From assembly GCA_965661105.1 (NCBI GenBank), contig CBFICR010000011.1:569-64568 (forward strand): a stretch of 64,000 nucleotides of DNA, given 5' to 3'. The notes below the pieces were generated by a model, which saw only the letters and a program-made list of their open reading frames with translations, was not told the DNA's origin and did not search any database. The number at the start of each line of letters is the position of its first letter. The first letter of the stretch is position 1. This DNA comes from Pseudohongiellaceae bacterium (GTDB lineage Bacteria; Pseudomonadota; Gammaproteobacteria; Pseudomonadales; Pseudohongiellaceae). Of this stretch, positions 41,657 to 51,075 are shown piece after piece. The position numbers and the translations under genes were made by a program.

Positions 41657-43492
41657 ATGCTTGATTTATTGTGGTTAGTGCCGGTTATCCCGTTTATCGG
41701 ATTTCTGATTCTCACCCTGACATTTGGTAAATTACCGCAGCTCGCTGCGGGGATTGTCGGTGCCGGTTCCATTGGGCTGTCTTTTGTTTTCGCTTTCCTG
41801 GCAGGCAGCAGTTTTCTGGGTGCAGAAATAACGTCCTATTCACAAACACTGTGGACCTGGATGTCTGTGGGCGATCTTGATGTAGGCTTTACGCTGTATC
41901 TGGACGGTGTCTCACTGGTCATGATGTATGTGATTACCGGCATCGGTTTCCTGATTCATGTATACGCTACCGGATATATGAGCGGTGACCCAAGCTTTGC
42001 CCGTTTCTTCTCTTATATGAATCTGTTTGTATCCGCCATGCTGATACTGGTTCTGGCTGACAATCTGGCATTACTGTTTATGGGCTGGGAAGGCGTGGGT
42101 TTATGTTCTTACCTGCTGATTGGATTCTGGTACAAGGATCCAAACAATGGCTACTGTGCCCGTAAGGCTTTCGTTATGACCAGGGTCGGCGATGCCTTTA
42201 TGGCAATCGGTCTGTTCACTCTTTTTGTGAGTACCGGCACATTGAATATCCAGGAAGCCATGCTTGAAGCCGAGGCACAATGGGTGGTGGGTTCAGGGGT
42301 AGCGACTGCGGTTACCTTGTTGTTACTCGGTGGTGCGGTAGGTAAATCTGCCCAGTTGCCACTACAAACATGGTTGCCCGATGCCATGGCCGGACCAACA
42401 CCAATTTCCGCCTTGATCCATGCCGCGACCATGGTGACCGCCGGGGTTTATCTGATTGCCCGTACCCATGTGCTGTATCTGCTGGCCCCTGAAGTTCAAT
42501 ACCTGGTGGGAGTCATTGGCGCAATTACCTTGCTGATGGCAGGCTTCACAGCTTTGACCCAGAACGACATCAAGAAAGTGCTGGCCTTTTCAACGGTCAG
42601 TCAAATCGGTTATATGTTCCTGGCATTGGGCGTTGGTGCCTGGAGTAGTGCAATTTTCCACCTGATGACCCATGCTTTCTTTAAAGCCCTGTTATTCCTG
42701 ACGGCGGGATCGATTATTCTGGCCATGCATCATGAGCAGGACATATTCAAGATGGGCGGCTTGCGCAAGGATCTGCGCTGGTCACATGCCCTGTTTCTGA
42801 TTGGTACATTGGGATTGGTGGCGTTCCCGGGCTTTTCAGGCTTCTTCAGTAAAGAGGAGATCCTGGCCTCTGCCATGGCAAATCATGATGGTGGTTACAT
42901 CCTCTACCTGGCAGGTCTGCTGGGCGCCGTGATGACTTATCTTTATAGCTTCAGGCTGTACTTCCTTGTCTTCTACGGCAAGAAAACCCATGACGGGCAT
43001 GAAGTCATGGGGCTGCATTTGCAGGGACCCCTGGTACTTCTCGCCATCGGGGCTGTGCTTGCCGGCTTTATCCACATACCGGTGGAAGGCGTGTTCCCGG
43101 AAATGGAGGAACACCATCCTTCAGTAATGGCGCAGGCCGCCATGATCCTGCTTCCCATGCTCGGCGGTGTGCTGGCCTGGTGGGTATTTATCAAAGGCAA
43201 GGTGGACACGGAAAAACTGGCCGGACAGGGCTTTGGCGCCCAACTGCATAGATTCTGGTTCACCCAATGGGGTATGGATTGGTTATACGACAAAATTATT
43301 GTGACGCCTTATACGTGGCTGGCAGAAGTGAATAAAAGTGATTTCATTGATTCTATCTATAACGGCTCGGCAAGAGCAGTGCGTTTCTGTCATGAAGTCA
43401 TGAGTGAAACCCAGACTGGTCAGCTGCGCTGGTACGCTATCAGCGTCGCTTATGGGTTATTGCTGCTGGTTGTATTAGGAGTGCTGTTATGA
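41657..43492 (+). CDS. nuoL: NADH-quinone oxidoreductase subunit L
   Basis: 611 aa Mrp-antiporter-like subunit with WEGVGLCSYLLIGFW and GKSAQLPLQTWLPDAMAGPTP. Confidence 0.95.
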   Translation: MLDLLWLVPVIPFIGFLILTLTFGKLPQLAAGIVGAGSIGLSFVFAFLAGSSFLGAEITSYSQTLWTWMSVGDLDVGFTLYLDGVSLVMMYVITGIGFLIHVYATGYMSGDPSFARFFSYMNLFVSAMLILVLADNLALLFMGWEGVGLCSYLLIGFWYKDPNNGYCARKAFVMTRVGDAFMAIGLFTLFVSTGTLNIQEAMLEAEAQWVVGSGVATAVTLLLLGGAVGKSAQLPLQTWLPDAMAGPTPISALIHAATMVTAGVYLIARTHVLYLLAPEVQYLVGVIGAITLLMAGFTALTQNDIKKVLAFSTVSQIGYMFLALGVGAWSSAIFHLMTHAFFKALLFLTAGSIILAMHHEQDIFKMGGLRKDLRWSHALFLIGTLGLVAFPGFSGFFSKEEILASAMANHDGGYILYLAGLLGAVMTYLYSFRLYFLVFYGKKTHDGHEVMGLHLQGPLVLLAIGAVLAGFIHIPVEGVFPEMEEHHPSVMAQAAMILLPMLGGVLAWWVFIKGKVDTEKLAGQGFGAQLHRFWFTQWGMDWLYDKIIVTPYTWLAEVNKSDFIDSIYNGSARAVRFCHEVMSETQTGQLRWYAISVAYGLLLLVVLGVLL

Positions 43493-44991
43493 TTCTGGTG
43501 TGGTTAATAACAATACTTTTTGCCGGTGGCATCGGCGCCTGGCTATCAGAAAAACGTAATCCGGAATTGCCCAGGGTGATCGCCCTGGCAACTATACTGC
43601 TGGACCTGTTCCTCGTGGTACTAATGTTGGTCGCACCCGGCGTACTTGGTCTGGACAGTGGTTCACAGGCAGAGCTGGGACAGACGGGTGAGTGGCTGGT
43701 GCTTTACAGCAGTGAATGGATCCCACGCTTCGGTGTTTCATTTATTTTTGGCGCCGACGGTCTGGGACTATTATTAATTACCCTGACAGTTTTTCTGGGC
43801 TTGATGTCCCTGGGCTCCGCCTGGGGTGAAATCAAGGAACGTACCGGTTTCTTCTATTTCAACCTGTTATGGACCCTGGCAGGCGTCATCGGGGTATTTA
43901 CAGCCCTCGATCTGTTCCTGTTTTTCTTCTTCTGGGAAGTCATGCTTATCCCCATGTATTTCATCATCGCTGTCTGGGGACATGAAAACAAAGAATACGC
44001 CGCAATGAAATTCTTTATCTTTACCCAGGTCAGCGGCATGTTAATGCTGCTGGCGATTCTGATGCTGGTGTTTTTCCACTATCAGAGTACCGGCGAATTT
44101 ACGTTCAGCTATTTTGACTTGTTGGGTACAGTACTGCCTGATGGCGTTGGATTCTGGGTTATGCTGGGCTTCTTTATCGCTTTTGCGACCAAGTTGCCCA
44201 CGGTACCGTTTCATAACTGGCTGCCGGACGCTCACTCACAGGCGCCAACCCCGGGTTCCGTTATCCTGGCGGGCATCCTGCTGAAGACCGGTGCCTATGG
44301 TTTGATTCGTTTTACTATTCCTTTGTTCCCTGAAGTTTCCGCAGACTTTGCCCCGGCGGCCATGATGCTGGGTGTCATCAGTATTCTGTATACCGCGAAA
44401 GTGGCGTTCTCACAGAATGATCTGAAACGACTGATTGCCTATACCTCAGTCAGTCATATGGGGTTTGTGATGCTGGGTGTCTATGCATGGACTGCCCAGG
44501 GCGTGCAGGGTGCTGTCATGACTATGCTGGCCCATGGTTTCAGCGCAGCAGCGCTGTTTATGCTGGCAGGAGGTCTGCAGCATCGCATTCATACCAGACA
44601 GATGGACAAGATGGGTGGACTTTGGGGAGTAGTGCCTAAAATGGGTTTCATGGCGCTGTTCTTTACCGTAGCGGCTGTCGGCATGCCCGGACTTGGCAAT
44701 TTTATCGGTGAATTCCTGGTGTTACTGGGAAGTTTCCGCGTGAACGTACTGGCTGCTGCGCTGGCTGCAATCGGTATGGTGGTTGCCGCGGTGTATTCGT
44801 TGATCGTTATACAGAAAGTATTTCATGGCGAAAATAAAAACAACCTGGTGGTGGAAGACCTGACGACAGTAGAAATGATCTGTTTCGGCTTGATGATGAT
44901 TGGTTTGCTGTGGATGGGTATGTATCCCCAGTCCATGCTTGACATGTCTGAACCGACGCTGAGAAGTCTGGGTGTTTTGTTTTTCCAGTAA
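43489..44991 (+). CDS. nuoM: NADH-quinone oxidoreductase subunit M
   Basis: 500 aa with ATGA overlap on nuoL. FFFWEVMLIPMYFII and KLPTVPFHNWLPDAHSQAPTPGS. Confidence 0.95.
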   Translation: MILVWLITILFAGGIGAWLSEKRNPELPRVIALATILLDLFLVVLMLVAPGVLGLDSGSQAELGQTGEWLVLYSSEWIPRFGVSFIFGADGLGLLLITLTVFLGLMSLGSAWGEIKERTGFFYFNLLWTLAGVIGVFTALDLFLFFFFWEVMLIPMYFIIAVWGHENKEYAAMKFFIFTQVSGMLMLLAILMLVFFHYQSTGEFTFSYFDLLGTVLPDGVGFWVMLGFFIAFATKLPTVPFHNWLPDAHSQAPTPGSVILAGILLKTGAYGLIRFTIPLFPEVSADFAPAAMMLGVISILYTAKVAFSQNDLKRLIAYTSVSHMGFVMLGVYAWTAQGVQGAVMTMLAHGFSAAALFMLAGGLQHRIHTRQMDKMGGLWGVVPKMGFMALFFTVAAVGMPGLGNFIGEFLVLLGSFRVNVLAAALAAIGMVVAAVYSLIVIQKVFHGENKNNLVVEDLTTVEMICFGLMMIGLLWMGMYPQSMLDMSEPTLRSLGVLFFQ

Positions 44992-45056
44992 TTGTTTTTT
45001 CACAAATAAAGACAACAATTTTTTATATAAACGTTTAAAGGAAAGTTCTGCTCACT

Positions 45057-46517
45057 ATGTACAGTAATCTCATAATCGACCTGATGCAGATTATCATGCT
45101 AACGATTAGTACAGTCGTGGTAATGGTGACTACTGCCTTTAAACGTGATCATGGCCTGATCAGCGGCCTCACTGTATTCGGCCTGATGGCTTCTTTATTG
45201 ACCTTTGTCTTTATCCAGCCAGTAGTGCCGCTGGAAGCGACCCAGCTGCTCATGATTGATGAATACAGCCTGTTTTTCTCTAACCTGATTATTGTAGGCG
45301 CTATTGGCGTTGCCTTGCTGGCTTATCCCTATTTCCAGAATCACAATGTACAGAACGAGGAATTCTATATTCTTCTTATGACAGCGACTCTGGGAGCAGT
45401 GGTACTGGCCTGCAGCAATCACTTTGTATCATTCCTGCTGGGCATGGAAATGATGGGGGTCAGTCTTTATGCAATGATTGCCTATCCTGTTCACGCAGCA
45501 AAATCAGCCAAATTTCCACTTGAAGCTGGCGTTAAATATTTGATTCTTTCCGCACTGACTTCGGGGATTACACTTTTTGGTATCGCGCTTGTTTATGCCT
45601 ATATCGGTACCATGGGCTTTGATGAAATACCCGCAGCCCTTGAGGCGGCAGGCGAGCTTGGTCCGGTCTTTCTGATTGGTGTATTGATGATCGTTGCCGG
45701 CTCCGCTTTCAAATTATCCCTGGTGCCATTTCATATCTGGACCCCCGATGTATACGAGGGAGCCCCGGTTCCGGTTACCGCTTTTCTGGCTACAGTATCA
45801 AAAGCGGCCATGCTGGCTGTGACCTTACGACTACTATTGGTCTCAAATGCCATCGAATTGAATGTTGTCACTACGGTGTTAACCGTAATGGCTGCTGCCT
45901 CAATAATCTTCGGTAATCTGCTTGCCTTACTGCAGGAAAACGTAAAACGATTATTTGCCTATTCTTCGATTGCGCATCTGGGTTATCTGCTGGTCATCAT
46001 CATTGCCGCGGCTAAAATCCCTGGCGCATTATCAGTGGAAGGGGTGAGCTTCTATATGCTGGCTTACTTTGTTATGTCTCTTTCCGGGTTTGCCGTTATC
46101 AGTGCCTTGTCCAACAGTGAAAAGGAATATGATCAATTGGCAGATTTTCGTGGCTTGTTCTGGCGTAACAGCTGGGTATCGGCTGTGCTGATCACGGTGT
46201 TGTTGTCACTGGCAGGCATTCCTCTAACGGCAGGTTTTATTGGTAAATTCTACATTTTCACTACCGGTGTGGAAGGTGAACTTTGGTTTTTGCTTACCAT
46301 GCTTATCATCGGTAGTGCCATTGGCCTTTATTATTACCTGCGTCTTATCTATATCATGTTGCAACCTGCCGATAACAACGCTGACGATCCTGCAGCAGGC
46401 TCATTGCCACTGGGTGTCCATGCGGTAATGGCAGCAATGACGGTCGCGATAATCTATCTGGGGGTTTATCCTGCGCCGATGATAGATACCCTGCAAAGCC
46501 TGGCTAGCGCTTTTTAA
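45057..46517 (+). CDS. nuoN: NADH-quinone oxidoreductase subunit N
   Basis: 486 aa and the last antiporter-like subunit. FKLSLVPFHIWTPDVYEGAP. Confidence 0.94.
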   Translation: MYSNLIIDLMQIIMLTISTVVVMVTTAFKRDHGLISGLTVFGLMASLLTFVFIQPVVPLEATQLLMIDEYSLFFSNLIIVGAIGVALLAYPYFQNHNVQNEEFYILLMTATLGAVVLACSNHFVSFLLGMEMMGVSLYAMIAYPVHAAKSAKFPLEAGVKYLILSALTSGITLFGIALVYAYIGTMGFDEIPAALEAAGELGPVFLIGVLMIVAGSAFKLSLVPFHIWTPDVYEGAPVPVTAFLATVSKAAMLAVTLRLLLVSNAIELNVVTTVLTVMAAASIIFGNLLALLQENVKRLFAYSSIAHLGYLLVIIIAAAKIPGALSVEGVSFYMLAYFVMSLSGFAVISALSNSEKEYDQLADFRGLFWRNSWVSAVLITVLLSLAGIPLTAGFIGKFYIFTTGVEGELWFLLTMLIIGSAIGLYYYLRLIYIMLQPADNNADDPAAGSLPLGVHAVMAAMTVAIIYLGVYPAPMIDTLQSLASAF

Positions 46518-47721
46518 ACAACTCGTTAGTGAGTTATTATCAAGACTCGCAGTGCTCATTCAACGTGACGCTGCGCGTGCAACTCTTCGACAGAAACACC
46601 CATTTCCAGTCTTAATATCGCTTTTTTGGCTATTTTTTAGCCAGGATGGCAGATAACTCCATGAAATCAGTCTTATTTTTCGCTGTTTACTTGCATTGCT
46701 AAATCCATAGTGATTACAATCGCTACCCCGGCTGGATATATGTGCGAACAGAGACACAATGTGCATATATATAAAGCAGTTACAGCTCGAATTGAAAGAA
46801 GTTTCCAGATAATTCCGGAAACAGAAAGTAGCAACCAGTAACAGGCCTGAGTATTTATTTGATTACCAACTGAATACCAGCAGGCAGACCCGGAGTCCCG
46901 TTATGTCGGTTTACAGCTATACCCGAACCTCGCAAATCGAATGCCTGGAAACGTCCCAGGATCTTGAAACCATTCTTGAAAAAGAAGATTTACGCCTGCA
47001 AACCTATGCACTGGGTGAAGGCATGAAAGTCGGCGAACGCTTTCTTGACCAGAATCAGAAATGGAATGTCAGTTTCATGAAGCGCCCGCAGGCGGCCAGC
47101 ATGATGAGTCGTGCGGAAGCAGGGGACATAATTCTGGTGTGCACTCTTGAGCGAATCTTCAGTAATTGTGATGACATGGTTGCCACATTACAGGAATTAC
47201 GAAAGCGCAAAATAAAATTAGTCGTTGTTGACCTGGATGGTGAAGTCACTGATCTTGACCTGAGACCGAAATTTACCGAGGTTCTGAAAATATTCCACAG
47301 CCTGGAACGTCGACGCTCCACGGAACGTATTAAAACCGTCAAACAAAGCCAGCGTAAAAAGGGCCGTTTCCTGGGAGGCAGTCGTCCGTTTGGTTATATG
47401 ATTCATTCCAATGGCCGGCTTATCGAAAACCCCATGGAACAGCGGGTTCTGAAAAAAATTCTGGAAATGAAAAAGCAGGGCAAATCGCTGCGGGCCATTT
47501 CAGCCGAAGTCAGTACGCCGATCATGCCGGTCAGTTTCAAAACTGTGCAGCGTCTGATCAAGCGACATGATTCTGAAATCACTGCCAGACAGGAAGGCTG
47601 ATTCCTGCTTGGTGGAACCACTCAATTACTCCTGTCTTTGTTATTACTTTCAAACCTGGCAGATGAGTCCGCATCAATTCGCTGCATAGCCAGTAGGGAC
47701 TAATCCCTGCATAATGCCGTC
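46518..47721. mobile_element. Possible remnant of an integrated element: recombinase plus flanking non-coding DNA between nuoN and lolC
   Basis: This is the only non-housekeeping gene in the window. It is flanked by 385 nt and 120 nt of non-coding DNA. No cargo genes and no clear att or IR boundaries were found, so this is only a hypothesis. Confidence 0.25.
46903..47601 (+). CDS. Resolvase-type serine recombinase, short form with a partial 'recombinase' domain
   Basis: 232 aa. YSYTRTSQ fits Y-x-R-x-S-x-x-Q (presumed nucleophile Ser10). GDIILVCTLERIFSN fits GDxLVVxxLDRLxR, and LERRRSTERIK fits ExERxxIxER. GGSRPFGY plus the HTH-like QGKSLRAISAEVS resemble the start of the large-serine-recombinase second domain. 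No zinc ribbon or coiled coil. Confidence 0.75.
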   Translation: MSVYSYTRTSQIECLETSQDLETILEKEDLRLQTYALGEGMKVGERFLDQNQKWNVSFMKRPQAASMMSRAEAGDIILVCTLERIFSNCDDMVATLQELRKRKIKLVVVDLDGEVTDLDLRPKFTEVLKIFHSLERRRSTERIKTVKQSQRKKGRFLGGSRPFGYMIHSNGRLIENPMEQRVLKKILEMKKQGKSLRAISAEVSTPIMPVSFKTVQRLIKRHDSEITARQEG

Positions 47722-48969
47722 ATGTTAAAATCCACTCCATTTCTCATAGGCCTGCGTTATCTTCTGGCCAGGAAAAATAACCGGGTTATATCCTTTACTT
47801 CGCTGATTTCCATGGCGGGTCTTACTCTCGGTGTGCTCGCTATTATTGTCGTGCTTTCTGTGTTTAACGGATCCCAGGGCATTATGCGAGATCGCACTCT
47901 TATCACGGTACCTCACGGCAATATCAGCGCAGACAGTAATTTTGCATCCTGGCAGCAAGCCACAACTTTGCTCAGGGAAAACCCCCAAATCGAGGGAATT
48001 GCGCCCTATATAGCACTGGAAGCCTTACTTAGTCGCCAGGGCTATCACCAGGTGACAGAGATCAAGGCGATATCGCCTGAGGATGAAATGACTGTCTCTA
48101 CGATTGCCGAGAACATGGTGCAGGGAAGTTTTGATAGTTTGGTGCCAGGTGAAAACCGTATCATATTGGGCAGAATACTTGCCACAAATCTGCGGCTGAA
48201 CCTTGGCGATGCGGTAAATCTGATTGTGCCGGTGATAGCGGGTAATAGCTCCCTTAAATTGAATATGCATCGTTTCACTGTGTCAGGAGTCTTCGATCCT
48301 CAATTTACCATTGGCTCTGAGTTGGCCCTGGTTCATCTGGAGGACAGTGCCGCACTTCTGGGACTGGAGGATATCAGCAAAACCATTCAACTTCGCCTGC
48401 GCGTAAGCGATCCAGATCAGGCCGCCGGCATTATTGCCAACAGTGTCGAATTACTGGAATCAACCTTTACTGATCAACAATTTAGCGGCAGGGACTGGAG
48501 TATTACAGAAGCCAGTCTGTTCAGTGCCCTGAAAATGGAAAAGCTGCTGACCTGGTTTATGCTTATGATGATTGTTGCTATCGGTGCCTTCAATATAGTT
48601 TCCACCCTGGTGATGGTCGTCTCGGAAAAAAAGGCGGATATCGCAATCCTGCGAACCATGGGGGCAAGTGATAAAACCATAATGGCTATTTTTGTTGTGC
48701 AGGGGACAGTTGTTGGCATTCTGGGCACTTTCGCCGGCGCTGCGGCAGGGGTTTTTATCGCCACAAACTTTACCGCCTTCTCCGGCGCACTGGAGCAACT
48801 GCTGGCCCCGGCAGACCTTTATGTTATAAGCGCACTGCCAGCAAAACTGGAAAGTTTTGACGTCTGGGTAACCTGTTGCGCGGCGCTGGTTATAAGTTTT
48901 CTGGCCACGCTTTATCCTGCCTTTAAGGCATCCCAGATTCTTCCTGCAGAAGTATTACGTTATGAGTGA
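47722..48969 (+). CDS. lolC: Lipoprotein-releasing system permease LolC
   Basis: 415 aa. MacB/FtsX topology with an N-terminal TM helix, a large periplasmic domain and three C-terminal TM helices. EKKADIAILRTMGAS motif, ends ...LRYE. Followed by lolD and lolE. Confidence 0.88.
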   Translation: MLKSTPFLIGLRYLLARKNNRVISFTSLISMAGLTLGVLAIIVVLSVFNGSQGIMRDRTLITVPHGNISADSNFASWQQATTLLRENPQIEGIAPYIALEALLSRQGYHQVTEIKAISPEDEMTVSTIAENMVQGSFDSLVPGENRIILGRILATNLRLNLGDAVNLIVPVIAGNSSLKLNMHRFTVSGVFDPQFTIGSELALVHLEDSAALLGLEDISKTIQLRLRVSDPDQAAGIIANSVELLESTFTDQQFSGRDWSITEASLFSALKMEKLLTWFMLMMIVAIGAFNIVSTLVMVVSEKKADIAILRTMGASDKTIMAIFVVQGTVVGILGTFAGAAAGVFIATNFTAFSGALEQLLAPADLYVISALPAKLESFDVWVTCCAALVISFLATLYPAFKASQILPAEVLRYE

Positions 48970-49660
48970 GCCAGTTCTTTATTGCCAGCATCTATCGCGA
49001 TCCTATCAGGAAGGGGGTAACACCCTGGAAGTCCTGAAAGATGTTAATTTGTCGGTAGCAGCAGGAGAAAGTGTTGCTATCAAGGGCACATCTGGCTCAG
49101 GCAAAACCACTTTGCTGAATCTGCTGGGCGGAATTGATAAACCAACTTCAGGGCTGGTCAGCATTCTTGGTCAGAATCTATCCGCCCTTGCCGGGGTACA
49201 ACTCGACAAGTTACGCAATCAGACACTGGGTTTTGTTTACCAGTTCCACCATTTGCTGGGCGAGTTTTCCGCACAGGAAAATGCCGCCATGCCATTGATT
49301 ATTGCGCGGCATCCCTATGCAGAATGTATGGACAAGGCTGCACTGATTCTGGAACGGGTAGGATTGCAGGAGCGCCTTACACACAAACCGTCCCAGCTTT
49401 CAGGCGGTGAGCGCCAGCGTGTTGCCATAGCCAGAGCCCTGATCAACAACCCGGCGTGTGTCTTGATGGATGAGCCTACCGGCAACCTTGACGGCCAAAC
49501 CGCAAAGGGAATCCAGACACTCATGCAGTCATTGAAGGCCGAGATCACAACCAGCTTTATAGTCGTTACCCATGATCCTGCTTTTGCAGCCCAGATGGAT
49601 ACCTCCTATTTGCTGAACAATGGTGTTCTTGGTGCTGACACCGTCACCGGTGAGCAATAA
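48962..49660 (+). CDS. lolD: Lipoprotein-releasing system ATPase LolD
   Basis: 232 aa. Walker A GTSGSGKTT, LolD-type FVYQFHHLL, signature LSGGERQRVAIARAL. Overlaps the lolC stop. Confidence 0.93.
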   Translation: MSEPVLYCQHLSRSYQEGGNTLEVLKDVNLSVAAGESVAIKGTSGSGKTTLLNLLGGIDKPTSGLVSILGQNLSALAGVQLDKLRNQTLGFVYQFHHLLGEFSAQENAAMPLIIARHPYAECMDKAALILERVGLQERLTHKPSQLSGGERQRVAIARALINNPACVLMDEPTGNLDGQTAKGIQTLMQSLKAEITTSFIVVTHDPAFAAQMDTSYLLNNGVLGADTVTGEQ

Positions 49661-49662
49661 GC

Positions 49663-50919
49663 ATGCAGACTCCATTCGCGTTCTTTATTGGCAAACGCTA
49701 TACCTCCATCCGCTCCCGTAATTTACTGATAGGCTTTATTTCCCTGTTATCAATAATTGGCCTGAGCCTGGGCGTTGCAGTATTGATTACGGTTCTGTCT
49801 GTGATGAATGGCTTTGATCGAGAGTTACAAAGCAGAGTTCTTGCCATGGTTCCTCACATCACAATTTACAACGGCAGAAGCGAACCTCCCATGAGTAACT
49901 CCCAGTGGGCTGCCTATCAACCTGCGCTGGATAATATTAATGGCATTACAGGCACGGCCCCATTTCTGCAGGTTGAGGGCATGCTACTGGCTAATGGCAA
50001 CAGCAAGGGCATTATTCTGAATGGTGTGGACACACAACAGGAAAGGCAGGTTTCCAGTATTGAAGCTTTTCTGGTTGAAGGTAGTCTGGATAGCCTTGAG
50101 GACAAAAGTTACAACATACTGATCGGTGAAGAGATGGCGCGAAACCTCGGCGTATCGATAGGCGATTCTGTTACCGTTGTTTCAACGGTAGTACCCATTA
50201 CCCCGCTGGGTGAATTTACCCGCTACAAGAGATTTACCGTTGGCGGCATTTTTAGAGTCGGTTCGCAACTCGATAACGGACTGGCTATAGCCTATCTAAG
50301 TGATGTACAGAGAGTTTACCGGCTGGGAAACAATATTGACGGCCTGCGTGTACAGGTCAATGACCTGTTCAATGTCGATGGCATAAGCCGGCAAATTCGC
50401 TCGGATGTAACAGATGCCCATTTATTGTCAAACTGGACCTGGGATTACGGCAATATTTATGAAAACATCCGCCTGTCAAAATCCCTGGTGGGACTTTTGT
50501 TGTCATTACTTGTCGCGGTTGCAGCCTTTAATGTAGTGGTAAGCCTGATCATGGTGGTCAAGGAAAAGCAGGGCGACATCGCCATTCTCAGAACCATGGG
50601 AACGTCATTGCACAGTATCCGCAATATATTCCTTGTACAGGGCCTGAGTATTGGTCTGATAGGGACGCTATTGGGCCTGGTGCTGGGGATAATCTTCTCA
50701 CTGACCATCAGCGATATCGTTAGCTGGATTGAACGTGTATTGGATATGCAGTTTCTTAATGCGGATATCTACCCGGTAAATTACCTGCCTTCCCAATTAC
50801 AGCTGCTGGATGTTTTACTGGTGTGTGGTATTTCATTATCCCTGAGTATGCTGGCGACGATTTTACCGGCACAGTCCGCAGCCAGGATTGACCCAGCGGA
50901 AGTCCTTCGTTACGAATAG
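49663..50919 (+). CDS. lolE: Lipoprotein-releasing system permease LolE
   Basis: 418 aa paralogue of LolC. EKQGDIAILRTMGTS, ends ...LRYE. Confidence 0.88.
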   Translation: MQTPFAFFIGKRYTSIRSRNLLIGFISLLSIIGLSLGVAVLITVLSVMNGFDRELQSRVLAMVPHITIYNGRSEPPMSNSQWAAYQPALDNINGITGTAPFLQVEGMLLANGNSKGIILNGVDTQQERQVSSIEAFLVEGSLDSLEDKSYNILIGEEMARNLGVSIGDSVTVVSTVVPITPLGEFTRYKRFTVGGIFRVGSQLDNGLAIAYLSDVQRVYRLGNNIDGLRVQVNDLFNVDGISRQIRSDVTDAHLLSNWTWDYGNIYENIRLSKSLVGLLLSLLVAVAAFNVVVSLIMVVKEKQGDIAILRTMGTSLHSIRNIFLVQGLSIGLIGTLLGLVLGIIFSLTISDIVSWIERVLDMQFLNADIYPVNYLPSQLQLLDVLLVCGISLSLSMLATILPAQSAARIDPAEVLRYE

Positions 50920-51075
50920 AAGAAGTATAGACGGAACCATGAGCGCCTTAATCTATTTTTCTCCCGATACTTCCTAGACTTCCGATACTCCCTGCACATA
51001 ATCAATCCAATTCCCCAGAGCAGTTTATGAATACCTGTACTATGCTGAAAATTAAACTAAGCAGTTGGGGGGCGC

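Noticed and set aside
46560-46766. 68-aa basic ORF on the minus strand, divergent from the recombinase, plus small plus-strand ORFs at about 46645 (17 aa) and 46740-46841 (33 aa)
   Set aside because: None has an SD sequence, an identifiable HTH or other motif. Such ORFs are easily produced by chance in AT-rich non-coding DNA. They are mentioned only because they lie in the one accessory-like locus.
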